DNA of 64,000 nt from a virus. The stretch lies in IMG/VR virus record IMGVR_UViG_3300018890_000001, positions 628 through 64,627 of that record; one strand, written 5' to 3'. Numbering within the stretch: position 1 is the first letter of the stretch; every line of letters begins with the position of its first letter. The translations under genes and the position numbers were made by a program. The notes below the pieces were generated by a model, which did no database searches, was not told the origin of the DNA, and was given only the letters and a program-made list of their open reading frames with translations. Shown here in pieces: positions 54,092 to 63,522 of this stretch.

Positions 54092-55454
54092 TTGATGTGA
54101 GCGTGAAGCCCTACGAGCCACCGAAGATGCGCGTCGGGACAAAAGCGCAGCCAAAAAATAAATTGAGCTGTAGCAAATAAATAATCGTTTTTGTGCGTTA
54201 TGATGATTTTATCAGTATTCCGCACACCTGATAAATGTATAAAGCTTACAAGTACAGAATTTACCCCACAAGTGATCAAGAGGTTTTGCTCGCAAAATCT
54301 TTTGGGTGCGCACGATGGTTCTGGAACTACGCTTTAAACCTGTGTCAAGAAACCTACAAGCATACTGGTAAGGGATTGTCTAGGGGCTACATACAAGGCT
54401 TACTTCCTACACTCAAAAAAGAGTACGAATGGCTAAAAGAGCCATATGCTCAATGTTTGCAGGCGGTTGCGCTCAATCTATCTACAGCCTACAAAAACTT
54501 TTTTGAGAAGCGGGCGATGCCCCCAAAGTTTAAAAACAAGTACAGTAGACAGTCGATCAGCTATCCGCAAAACATAAAGTTCGATGGGGACTATATCAAC
54601 TTACCTAAGATTGGTCTAGTTTTCTGTCGAAGACACCGTGATTTCGTAGGTGACATTAAAACTGTTACCGTTTCTCGAAACCCAGACGGTAAACACTTTG
54701 TTTCTGTTTTGATTGACGACGGGAAAGAACACCCTGAGCTAGTCGCAGTAGATAAGACTATTGGCATTGACGTGGGGTTGACTCATTTTGCAGTCACCAG
54801 TGATGGTTCTAAATTTGACAATCCCAAGCATTTCGTCAAGCGTCAACGGAACTTAAAGCGCAAACAACAGAAGCTTTCTCGCAAAAAGAAAGGCAGTCAA
54901 AACCGGAAAAAGGCAAAACGGGCTGTAGCCAAAGTCCACTCCAAAATTGCCAGATGTCGCGAAGATTTTCTACATAAGCTATCCCGCAAGATAGTCAACG
55001 AAAACCAAGTTATTGCAGTAGAAAATCTCAATATCAAGGGCATGGTCAAAAATCATAATCTAGCCAAAGCTATTAGTGACGTTGGTTGGGGGATGTTTTG
55101 CACGATGCTTAAGTACAAGTCGAAGAACGAAGGAAGAAGACAATACGTCGAAATCGATAGATGGTTCCCTAGCTCTAAGACTTGCCATGTATGCCTAAAT
55201 CAAATCAAGCAGCTTACGCTTGACGTTAGAGCATGGACTTGCAAACATTGTGAAACACACCATGACCGTGATATCAACGCAGCAATCAATATTAGAAATG
55301 AAGCCTTGCGGATTTTGGCATTAGGAATTAGTGCTTCTGCCTGTGGAGGGGATGTAAGTCGATCCGGTAAAACTTCGGTTTTGTTGGACGCTATCCCCAT
55401 TGAATCAGGAAGCCAGACGATGACCGATTAATTGGCCGTCGTCTGGTAATTCAC
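54092..55454 (+). mobile_element. IS200/IS605-family element carrying tnpB only
   Basis: Right end GAAG-hairpin(CCAGACGA/TCGTCTGG)-TAATTCAC at 55454. Left-end-like GAAGCC...GCGTCGGGA near 54105; left boundary approximate. Confidence 0.8.
54235..55431 (+). CDS. tnpB: RNA-guided endonuclease TnpB
   Basis: YKYRIYPT N-terminus, RuvC IGIDVG / VENL / HDRDINAA with all catalytic acids present, Zn ribbon CHVC...CKHC. Confidence 0.95.
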   Translation: MYKAYKYRIYPTSDQEVLLAKSFGCARWFWNYALNLCQETYKHTGKGLSRGYIQGLLPTLKKEYEWLKEPYAQCLQAVALNLSTAYKNFFEKRAMPPKFKNKYSRQSISYPQNIKFDGDYINLPKIGLVFCRRHRDFVGDIKTVTVSRNPDGKHFVSVLIDDGKEHPELVAVDKTIGIDVGLTHFAVTSDGSKFDNPKHFVKRQRNLKRKQQKLSRKKKGSQNRKKAKRAVAKVHSKIARCREDFLHKLSRKIVNENQVIAVENLNIKGMVKNHNLAKAISDVGWGMFCTMLKYKSKNEGRRQYVEIDRWFPSSKTCHVCLNQIKQLTLDVRAWTCKHCETHHDRDINAAINIRNEALRILALGISASACGGDVSRSGKTSVLLDAIPIESGSQTMTD

Positions 55455-56032
55455 ACAATACCAGCTCTGCCGGTCATACGGTTGAAGCGGTTTTGGTTTT
55501 GTAGATCACCCAAAGCAACGCCTCTAGAAGCTGCTCTGGTTACAACACGCGCATCATCGTAAGAAATAGTGCATTCCAACATCGTTGCACCGTCGCCGTC
55601 GGTCGAATCGATATCGGCGTCCGGTATTGTATATTTCATGCACCATACGCCTTCCAGGTCTGCGAACGCTGATTGTAAATCATCTCCAGATTCGGCAAAC
55701 TGACCCGGTTTTCCTGTAAATGTTCGCAAAAACTCAATCTCGGCGTTGCGCTTGTAGTTCGGATTTACGCCACCAAGCCCCTTGTCTACGGCTTGCTCGA
55801 ACCAATCGAGGTAAGCTTCGCGGGAAGTGTCATCCGAAAAGTGCAACGTGATTGTAAACTCGCCCGGTTCAACGCGACCACCAGTGACTTTTGTGCCATC
55901 GGGCAGTTCGATCGCCCCAACGGCCACATCAATAGTACCGCGCTGGGTAATTACGATTTCGGGCAGACCAGCAACGCGGAAACGTTGCTTGGCTTTTTTG
56001 AAAATATTTTGCTGTAATGTCTGCTTTTGCAT
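55451..56032 (-). CDS. Contractile tail tube protein
   Basis: GRVEPGEFTITL...YLDW...YKRNAEIEF...GVWC...ECTISYD (gp19/Afp1-like); follows the sheath gene. Confidence 0.85.
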   Translation of the reverse strand: MQKQTLQQNIFKKAKQRFRVAGLPEIVITQRGTIDVAVGAIELPDGTKVTGGRVEPGEFTITLHFSDDTSREAYLDWFEQAVDKGLGGVNPNYKRNAEIEFLRTFTGKPGQFAESGDDLQSAFADLEGVWCMKYTIPDADIDSTDGDGATMLECTISYDDARVVTRAASRGVALGDLQNQNRFNRMTGRAGIV

Positions 56033-56056
56033 GATGGAGTTTCCCAGATAAAAGGA

Positions 56057-56298
56057 TTGACACTCCCCAGACTGAAGTTGAGGGGATTCTTAATTCAGCG
56101 ACTAACCTTAAAATTTCCTGTCCTTACGGCAATACTCAAACCTTTCAACCGTGGGATACACCAATTGACGAGTCTAAGTTCAGAAGCATCCCAGCGGGTT
56201 TGTCTCCAAAAGCGTACTAGGATATTTCCCTAGAGTTTGGGTATGCCCTACCCTACTTAGCGATTTCGACCGTCGAAAATTTTTCAACCTCGACGGTC
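56057..56298 (-). mobile_element. Non-autonomous IS200/IS605 remnant: omegaRNA-type 3' end without tnpB
   Basis: Minus strand ends AAGAATCCCC-TCAACTTCAGTCT-GGGGAGTGTCAA. Its 5' part encodes LSRVGHTQT, like TnpB C-termini. Hairpin GACCGTCGA/TCGACGGTC at 56268-56298. Confidence 0.75.
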
Positions 56299-56306
56299 AG
56301 TGAAAA

Positions 56307-59288
56307 TCACATACTGTCGAGAATCGAAGGTCCGGTATTAATTACCAGGCGCTCAACTATTCCTGTGGGTGTCCACACAAAATTCGCCGTTAGTACGCCG
56401 TTAATGACTTCAACAAGCTGACCGCCACTTTGTCCAACGGTTGAATTTGAGTCGGCGTCTTGTCCGGTGTTAATTCGGATTGCTTCATCAAAAGTCAGGT
56501 ACTGCGAAAATACACCTTTGCTGTATTCGCGACGCGCAAAACTTCGCAAAATCATGCGGAACTGAGCTGCGAGGTCTGGTTGATTTGGTCGGAAAACCAA
56601 CTCTTGCAAGTTATCAACTTCGATAAAGATCCGGTTGTAGTTTGACTGGCAGCGTCGAATGTGGAGAAAAATGTAAGCCGAACTAAGGCTTGGCGCTCTT
56701 GCGCCCCAGACGATGATATTGCCCTCGCTATACTTGAGCATTTGAACGCCCGAAGTGTTCGCAATTACCTCATCGGATCGCCCAATTTCAAACGGCAACC
56801 CGATCGCCCTTGGTAATCTGGCTGCGCGTCCGGCAAACATGACGTGATACCCAGCGTTGTTTACCGCAAACAGGGATTCGCCGCCCATGATGTCACCAAC
56901 GGCAGTAACCATCCGCTTCCCAGCACCGAATGGAGACGCGATGTAGATATAACTGGGCGCTGCTACGCTAGCAAAATCATTCCGACCTAATTCTTGTTTG
57001 ATGTAGGATTCGATCGCCGCTGCTGTTGTTAGGTAGACAGGCAATTCATAACGGAATTCGTAAGACCGCGCTTCTGCGTAAGTTGCACCGGCTTTGTTTA
57101 CGGTGATAGAGCTGATGCCCGGAAACGCCATACGCACCAATCCGAGGTTGCGACCGTAAACCGCGTTTTCTACGTGATTCGTGTCAGGATCTACGTACTT
57201 TGTCCAATAGTAGGGAATTGTGTTTGCTGTGTTGCCGTCGTACCCACCTTCGAGGGCGATCGGATGATTCACGAAAAATGAATTCCCGGTTTGCGTTGCA
57301 ACAGTTAGATCGTTGCCAACACCTACGTAAAAATAACCTGCTTTTTTAGCCTTCGTTTGCGCGGGAGCGTTGCTGGTAAATGCACGTTCGAGCAACACTT
57401 GAGTATCGCTAACAATCCGCACAATTTTCCGAGCTTCTTTTGAGTGGGGGCTATAAATATAGTCTCCAATCACCAGCGAAGTCAAAAATGTCGTACCCGC
57501 GCCGTTAACGGTTGTTCCGGTTGACGAAATTGAACCTTCTAAATCTACAGGAGCGTAAGCTTCTTTGATTCGGATCAGATTTCTGTATTGATCGTAAGGA
57601 GAGATGTACAGTGAGCTGCCAATCGTCTTGGTGTAGTCGAGATCGATTACCGTGTAAAGTCGGGTTTGAGTCAGCGCCAGAATTTTACTACCGGCGATCG
57701 GTCGCACGTCGGAGTCTTCTGCTGTAGTGTACGTACTTGTCCACAGCGATCGCGCTCGAATCCATGCCAAGATATTTTCGCCAGAGCTGCGATAGGCAAC
57801 ATTTCCCACAGTATCGGAAACAACTGTGTCCACGAAAAGTGGGTCGTTCGGATCGAGACTGGCATCGGGAATGTGCAACACCTGCGAATTGTTGAAAAAT
57901 ACTCGCAGTGAGAAATGTGTCTCTGGTCTGCTTTCACCTAGGGCGGTTTCAACGGTTAACCCTTCGCCTATCGGCTGTAAAAGTTTGACAGTTGCCCGTT
58001 TCGATTGCTTGGCGAGACTTACGTCGGTGAAGTCACTGGAAAATGGCTTCTCAATTTTTAACGAAGTTGCGGTGGGGATTGCCATAACTTTGATTGCTTC
58101 TCCAGCGCGCAACGGATCGACAATATAATCACCAACCTGAACTTGAGCGGTAAATGTCGTACCTGTGCCTGTAACTGTTAAACCTTGTTGTTCAATTTGA
58201 GTACCGGCGGAGAGCGCTGCTGTAAATCCAGAAGTTAGTGTCAAGACCGTCGCGCTGGTAATTGCCTCGATTTTGCGTCCTTGGCGCGCCCCACCAATCG
58301 TTGCATAGATGGTGTCGCCCACATTCAGATCCGTAGTGAATGCGGTCCCAACACCAGTAACCGTTTTGTTGTCGCGCATCATAGTTTGATCCGCGACGTT
58401 ACCCCCGGTATAAGAGTCGTTTACCGTCAGCGTAGTGTCGGAGGTAATTGACACGATTACGCGCCCCTCTGTGCCGAGATAGATATTGTCGCCAACGTCT
58501 AAATCTGTCGAGAAAGTGGTTCCCGTACCAGTCAAAATGTTGTCGTTGACCGTTACTGTTCCGGCGATCGGCTGCAATAGCGGAAATGTTACAGTGCCGG
58601 TAATATTCGGATAGCGATCGTAACTGGCGGTGCCACCCAGTACGCTTGGTCCGGAGATGCCTTCTTGCAGTAAGTTCCACTGTGCACCACAGGTGAAAAC
58701 GGTTTCGCCCGCGCGACCAATAGCCTGAGTATTTGCAATAATGGTAAATCTTTTGCCTGGAGCAGACTCGAATTCCACCTCAGCCCCAACATACTCGTTC
58801 GCCAACGTACCTGGCGCAATGATAGTAAAACTTCGAGCGGAAGCTACCAGCACGGGTGTTAATGCAATTTCAGACGCTTGACCTCCCCAACGACCTTCGT
58901 TCGCGGCTTCAATTTCAAGCGCGTCTGCACCAAGCCAGTTTTTTAAAACTTTCTTGGCGCGTTTCGCTTTACCGTCCACATCAATCCTGGTTAGCCACAG
59001 TAAGCCGGCTCCGGCACCGTTTTGCCAAAAACCTTCAACTGCGTCTGGAGTTTGTTGGCTGGCATCCGGATATAAAGCCCAATTGGGAGCTTTCGGATCG
59101 CCAAAAACTTCTAAATACTGCTTGCGAGACGTAACCGGAATCGGCGTTGACATCGGTCCGCGTTTCATGATTCCCCCGAACCAAACGCTACCGTAGCGAG
59201 GATCTGCCAAAATATTCGATGCCGGTCTTTCTTCGACTGAAACCCCTGGAGCGCCTGGAGGTGCACCGTATCTGCGAACGACGACCAT
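56307..59288 (-). CDS. Contractile tail sheath protein with inserted repeat domains
   Basis: N-terminal PGVSVEE...GIMKRGP...ITSRKQY..VFG; C-terminal IIVWGAR...LHIRR...LVFRPN...FVWTP..VERLVI; 4 GTGTxF...VGD inserts. Confidence 0.9.
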   Translation of the reverse strand: MVVVRRYGAPPGAPGVSVEERPASNILADPRYGSVWFGGIMKRGPMSTPIPVTSRKQYLEVFGDPKAPNWALYPDASQQTPDAVEGFWQNGAGAGLLWLTRIDVDGKAKRAKKVLKNWLGADALEIEAANEGRWGGQASEIALTPVLVASARSFTIIAPGTLANEYVGAEVEFESAPGKRFTIIANTQAIGRAGETVFTCGAQWNLLQEGISGPSVLGGTASYDRYPNITGTVTFPLLQPIAGTVTVNDNILTGTGTTFSTDLDVGDNIYLGTEGRVIVSITSDTTLTVNDSYTGGNVADQTMMRDNKTVTGVGTAFTTDLNVGDTIYATIGGARQGRKIEAITSATVLTLTSGFTAALSAGTQIEQQGLTVTGTGTTFTAQVQVGDYIVDPLRAGEAIKVMAIPTATSLKIEKPFSSDFTDVSLAKQSKRATVKLLQPIGEGLTVETALGESRPETHFSLRVFFNNSQVLHIPDASLDPNDPLFVDTVVSDTVGNVAYRSSGENILAWIRARSLWTSTYTTAEDSDVRPIAGSKILALTQTRLYTVIDLDYTKTIGSSLYISPYDQYRNLIRIKEAYAPVDLEGSISSTGTTVNGAGTTFLTSLVIGDYIYSPHSKEARKIVRIVSDTQVLLERAFTSNAPAQTKAKKAGYFYVGVGNDLTVATQTGNSFFVNHPIALEGGYDGNTANTIPYYWTKYVDPDTNHVENAVYGRNLGLVRMAFPGISSITVNKAGATYAEARSYEFRYELPVYLTTAAAIESYIKQELGRNDFASVAAPSYIYIASPFGAGKRMVTAVGDIMGGESLFAVNNAGYHVMFAGRAARLPRAIGLPFEIGRSDEVIANTSGVQMLKYSEGNIIVWGARAPSLSSAYIFLHIRRCQSNYNRIFIEVDNLQELVFRPNQPDLAAQFRMILRSFARREYSKGVFSQYLTFDEAIRINTGQDADSNSTVGQSGGQLVEVINGVLTANFVWTPTGIVERLVINTGPSILDSM

Positions 59289-59399
59289 AATTTTATCCTT
59301 TGAGAATTGAACACAAAAAAATCGATGCTGTGAAAGCACCGATTAAAGTTGGCTGGCAAATATTTAGGTTTGAATTCTAACGGCGAAACCGATATTGAA

Positions 59400-59819
59400 T
59401 TACTCTTCGCCAGCCGGAAGCGACGGAACGCCGTTACCGTCGTAACCACCGTCTACACGGAGTATGATCACCCGTTCAAGAATGGTACGTTCTCCGCCAT
59501 TAGGTGAAATACGGGTCGGTTGAAAACCTTCTTGACGCTCTAGTTTATCGAGCTGTGCCGGAGTCATTTTCAGTAACGGATCGTCTTCTTGCAAAACCCC
59601 TAAGTCGGTTCCAAAAATCAAAGATTGATCGTAGGGGAGTTTTTCAAGAAATTTTTCGACGACCGCAATCTCGTCGAGAGTTAGATCCGTCATTTCCGTG
59701 GTGATGAAAATCTCTTCGGATAGCTCCGGGTGCCGACGTTCACCTTTAAACCCTTTAGGATAAGGAATTTGAAGCGGTTCAACTGGACGTGCCAGGGCCG
59801 TTTGTCGAATTCGAGGCAT
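59400..59819 (-). CDS. Hypothetical protein upstream of the sheath gene
   Basis: 139-aa ORF in the same orientation as the tail operon. Confidence 0.65.
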   Translation of the reverse strand: MPRIRQTALARPVEPLQIPYPKGFKGERRHPELSEEIFITTEMTDLTLDEIAVVEKFLEKLPYDQSLIFGTDLGVLQEDDPLLKMTPAQLDKLERQEGFQPTRISPNGGERTILERVIILRVDGGYDGNGVPSLPAGEE

Positions 59820-60023
59820 AGATTTGTTTGTATAGCGTCAATCTAAGCCGAATAACTACCCGACCTAAATCGATCGCCGGGTAGGGTTTGATGAGAATAT
59901 TTATTTTATACTAACAAGCTTGGATTGACACTGCAATGGCCTCGTGTTAGGATTTCGGAAGAAAAAAGAATAAATTAAAAGACAAACTTTCAAAAAGCGT
60001 CACCCGGTCTGGGAACAGATCGG

Positions 60024-62297
60024 TTGGCGCTTTTTTATTTTGCTAGATTATGCCAACTCATGCCAAATTTTGAAAGAAATGTAAACGATTGGGCTGTTAT
60101 CCAGGTTTCTCCAGCAAGCGAGACAGATCCGCGAGTGCCAATGGCGGATGAATTTGCACTTAACTCGCGGATCGAAACGGTTAACACATGGAAATCTCGG
60201 TTACAGCAAGGATGGATTTCTGTCCCTTCGGTTCAAGTTACAGGGGCAAGAACCTTCGTTCTCGCCAATGGTGTAGCACTCGTACCGTCACATAGCGAAT
60301 ACAAATTAGAAGTTGCTGGTTCGTTAGCGATCCCAGCACTTCCAAGTCCCGGTTCCGTCGTGAAGCGGGACGATTTTTTATCATTGGTGGTTGTCGCAAC
60401 AGAATTTAACAAAGACCATGATCCCACTCTTGGTCAAGTTGCTTTTTCTTATCGCAGACCACAAACCGCAGGTGGCTTCGTTGTTGAGACAACCCAAAAA
60501 GAAAACACAAGAAGAATGCGCTCCGTGTGGCTGATGGTACTAAGTCCACAACCACTAACCGGAGATGACTTTTTTAATGCGTTACCTCAAGACGCTTCTG
60601 GAAACCGAACGATCGGTATTGCCAACAAAACCCCTCAAGGATTTAGTCTGGGTGACCATAGGATTTATGCACTAGATCCGACACTCACATCAGGCCAGTC
60701 CTATTTTGTTTTTGCAGATTCGGCCTACGCTTTACCCTTGTTGCAAGTTCGCAGACTTCAAAATTACCTAGAACGTGGATACGTGTGGGGCAATGGTGGC
60801 GAAGGAAACCTCAGTAAAGATGTGCATTTAAGCGACATCTCCGAATCCGCTACGCAACATCAAAACGACGATCTTGTTCGGCAAAGAGCGCTTCAGGTTT
60901 TTTCAGGGATTCCGTCAAAAGGTTTCACCTACTCACGAACTGTTCAAAATTTATTAGCTGGCAACGTTTCAGGCAACCCAGGACGACCGGGAGAGTCAGC
61001 CGCATCCCCGAACGGTTCGGTTTGTTTGGCAAACGATCAACGGGTTAGCTTTACTAATCAGCAAATTACTCAGAAACTTGCTTGCTTGCCAGTAACCGCC
61101 GGCAGCGATGGCTCTGGAAATGCGATCGTAATTTTCCCTCTGAACTCTAACGTTCCTTTAGGAACTAGATTTTCAGAGAAACGCGAAGATCATAAGGTTT
61201 ATGCTGCAAATGGCACAGATCAAACCCCTTTTGGTGTTTTCCAGAATTTAGGGGCGACCGGCGCACTTACTTGGATTGCCGATTCAAACTCTGTAATTAA
61301 ACCAGGAAATGTCTGTTACTTCGTGCCTGGTATAAATTTTCCGAGTGGTTCTGGCTTTTCTGTACCTTTTGACAAATGTGAAGCTGGATGGGCAAACGGA
61401 ATGTCGATGGATGGGGGCAACATCCTAGACGCAGCCGTTAACGATCTTGATGCCTACCGCGCGCCTACCGTAAATCAAGAATTTATTGCTGTTTTTGGCC
61501 GAGAACGCGCCGCGCTTCACTATATATATAGGAAAGTCTCTGTAACTTCTGACGGAAATGGCATTGCTGTAATCCCTTTGGCCGAAAGAGGTGTATTTGC
61601 TTTTATTGAAGGAATTCCAGGTCGTATTGATAAGCCAGTTGTTACTGGTTTATCAACAAATACAACTTATGCTGCTTTAGTTTATTACCCACCGCGATCG
61701 ACAGAACAGTGGCAGTGGCAGTTGCGTTATTGCTCGTACCAGGGACTCAATGATCCCACCATTCTAAATGGTGCTGAGATTACATCAACCCCTCTGTTGT
61801 TTGCACACACTCAAGGTGGGGGTACCAGCGCTTTTTTTGGAGACTCGGAACTCAAGTATTCTGCGATTTCCATGCACCTACCGATCGGAAATAGTACCAC
61901 CAAGCATTACGGACTAAATACGCCAGTCAATTTACCTGGTGAAAATTATGCCGACCCAATTGCCTTCCGGGAATTACAAACAGTTCCCGGAAGTGGATGC
62001 TCCTTGCCAAGAATAGGACGAAAAATTGTTTTTGTCGCAAATAACACAAATGCTCCAAGATCTGTAGCTGGAGCAACGCACCTCGACGATGGGGTTACAC
62101 CGCCACCACCTGGTAGTCGTTTAGGTTGCCAGTTGCCCACATTGTCATCGAATAGACCTTTTCAAGGTGTTCTGTGTGTGGGACTTCAGTCAAACCAGCA
62201 TAAATATTTGGCAATTGCGACTATCAATACTAAGGGGAGTGAATCTTTTGTGTTTGACAGTACAAGTGGTATTGGTTTTGATATTTATAAAATGTGA
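60024..62297 (+). CDS. Putative baseplate/tail-associated structural protein (likely start 60060)
   Basis: 757 aa, G/S/N/P-rich and beta-rich; precedes a propeller protein. Confidence 0.55.
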   Translation: MALFYFARLCQLMPNFERNVNDWAVIQVSPASETDPRVPMADEFALNSRIETVNTWKSRLQQGWISVPSVQVTGARTFVLANGVALVPSHSEYKLEVAGSLAIPALPSPGSVVKRDDFLSLVVVATEFNKDHDPTLGQVAFSYRRPQTAGGFVVETTQKENTRRMRSVWLMVLSPQPLTGDDFFNALPQDASGNRTIGIANKTPQGFSLGDHRIYALDPTLTSGQSYFVFADSAYALPLLQVRRLQNYLERGYVWGNGGEGNLSKDVHLSDISESATQHQNDDLVRQRALQVFSGIPSKGFTYSRTVQNLLAGNVSGNPGRPGESAASPNGSVCLANDQRVSFTNQQITQKLACLPVTAGSDGSGNAIVIFPLNSNVPLGTRFSEKREDHKVYAANGTDQTPFGVFQNLGATGALTWIADSNSVIKPGNVCYFVPGINFPSGSGFSVPFDKCEAGWANGMSMDGGNILDAAVNDLDAYRAPTVNQEFIAVFGRERAALHYIYRKVSVTSDGNGIAVIPLAERGVFAFIEGIPGRIDKPVVTGLSTNTTYAALVYYPPRSTEQWQWQLRYCSYQGLNDPTILNGAEITSTPLLFAHTQGGGTSAFFGDSELKYSAISMHLPIGNSTTKHYGLNTPVNLPGENYADPIAFRELQTVPGSGCSLPRIGRKIVFVANNTNAPRSVAGATHLDDGVTPPPPGSRLGCQLPTLSSNRPFQGVLCVGLQSNQHKYLAIATINTKGSESFVFDSTSGIGFDIYKM

Positions 62298-62306
62298 TCA
62301 CGTATT

Positions 62307-63518
62307 ATGGCAAAAAATCCAGCACTTTTCCCGGATACATTCATACTCGATGGTACAGTCTCTGATTCAGGGCTTGGTGCTTTAGAGATCGCCGTCAATA
62401 ATTTAAATGTCGCCTCTAAATCCGGTGCGATGCGACAAGCTAATGCAATTCGCGTTAGTGGATTGAATTCAATTAAAAATCAAAATAGTGGGATGCCTAC
62501 ATTAAACAGTTTGCTCCCAACTAGATCTGTGGGCAAGTTCACCGTTCTCCCTTCAGAGCCAACAGGTACTGTAGGGTACTTTATCAGTGGTTGGGGAGAT
62601 ACCTCACAGGATATATCTAATCAAAGAACAAGAACCGATCGATTCACTTTCGCAACGGACACGATAACGAATTTAGGTAGCAAAATAGAACCACACTTGC
62701 ATTATACAACTGGAAATCCTACTTATGGGTACATTTTCGCGGGTGTGAGTGCCGCAAACAAAATATGGAGATTAACGTTTCAAACAGAAACGTATACGTT
62801 AATCGGGGCCGCATTATTCCCAAATCGTTATAACGGCGCTAGTCTAAAGAATCAATCTCGTGGGTATATTTGCGCGGGATCATCAGGAGGTACTGTTTAT
62901 GGTGAGATAGATCGCTTTACATTTGCTGGAGAAGTTTGTGTTTCCATTGGTAGTATTTTACAAACAAGAAACTCAAGCTCAGGATTCGGCAACAAATTCA
63001 ATGGTTATATTGGTGGGGGACTTGCTGACGGTATTAATACCAGTCCAACAAACAATCTAGAGAAATTTATTTATGCTTCGGAGGTAAAATCAACAATTTC
63101 CGCAGCATTAAGTTTGGCAAGATCTGCGATGGGTACTTGGATGCCTGGATCTACACTTGCGGCATACTTACTTTCGGGATTAGCTTACGGGTCTTTTCCT
63201 ACAGCGGGCGTTAGTCCGGCACGAAATTATTATCCAAATGTTATCGATAAGTTCACATTTACTGGAGAAACCTGCGCGGCATTAGGTACAACACTTTCTA
63301 AAGGTAGTACCAACTATGGAGCTATAGGTAATACAACACGATGTGTTATGGGTGGTGGTGTTACACATACAGATGCGTATGCTACGCAAAACACATACAC
63401 GGTAGAATCTAATGAAATTAAAGCTATTACATTCGCAACAGAAACCAATGCTGTTTTAGCTTCTGTATTGTCAATTGGTCGATTTTATTTAGCTGGTGTA
63501 GACAATTCAAGTATTTAA
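62307..63518 (+). CDS. Kelch-like beta-propeller protein, possible receptor-binding protein
   Basis: About 6 repeats of GYxxGG...IDRFTFAxET. Confidence 0.7.
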   Translation: MAKNPALFPDTFILDGTVSDSGLGALEIAVNNLNVASKSGAMRQANAIRVSGLNSIKNQNSGMPTLNSLLPTRSVGKFTVLPSEPTGTVGYFISGWGDTSQDISNQRTRTDRFTFATDTITNLGSKIEPHLHYTTGNPTYGYIFAGVSAANKIWRLTFQTETYTLIGAALFPNRYNGASLKNQSRGYICAGSSGGTVYGEIDRFTFAGEVCVSIGSILQTRNSSSGFGNKFNGYIGGGLADGINTSPTNNLEKFIYASEVKSTISAALSLARSAMGTWMPGSTLAAYLLSGLAYGSFPTAGVSPARNYYPNVIDKFTFTGETCAALGTTLSKGSTNYGAIGNTTRCVMGGGVTHTDAYATQNTYTVESNEIKAITFATETNAVLASVLSIGRFYLAGVDNSSI

Positions 63519-63522
63519 CACT

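Noticed and set aside
54088-54279. TnpA (Y1 transposase) divergent from tnpB
   Set aside because: The 63-aa ORF lacks the HUH and catalytic Tyr motifs; at most a trace remnant.
56027-56233. 68-aa CDS between tube and sheath
   Set aside because: It is the antisense shadow of the IS200/605 end; no RBS, and opposite to the operon.
55451-59288. Extracellular or thylakoid-anchored contractile injection system
   Set aside because: Sheath, tube and spike are dispersed among RNR, replication, HU and phage accessory genes rather than in a compact CIS operon; a phage origin fits better, although no capsid gene is in the window.
551-62385. Numerous 60-100 aa ORFs nested in or antisense to long genes (e.g. 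6942-7253, 20543-20815, 28868-29320, 57666-58128)
   Set aside because: Shadow frames of well-supported genes, lacking RBSs and motifs.
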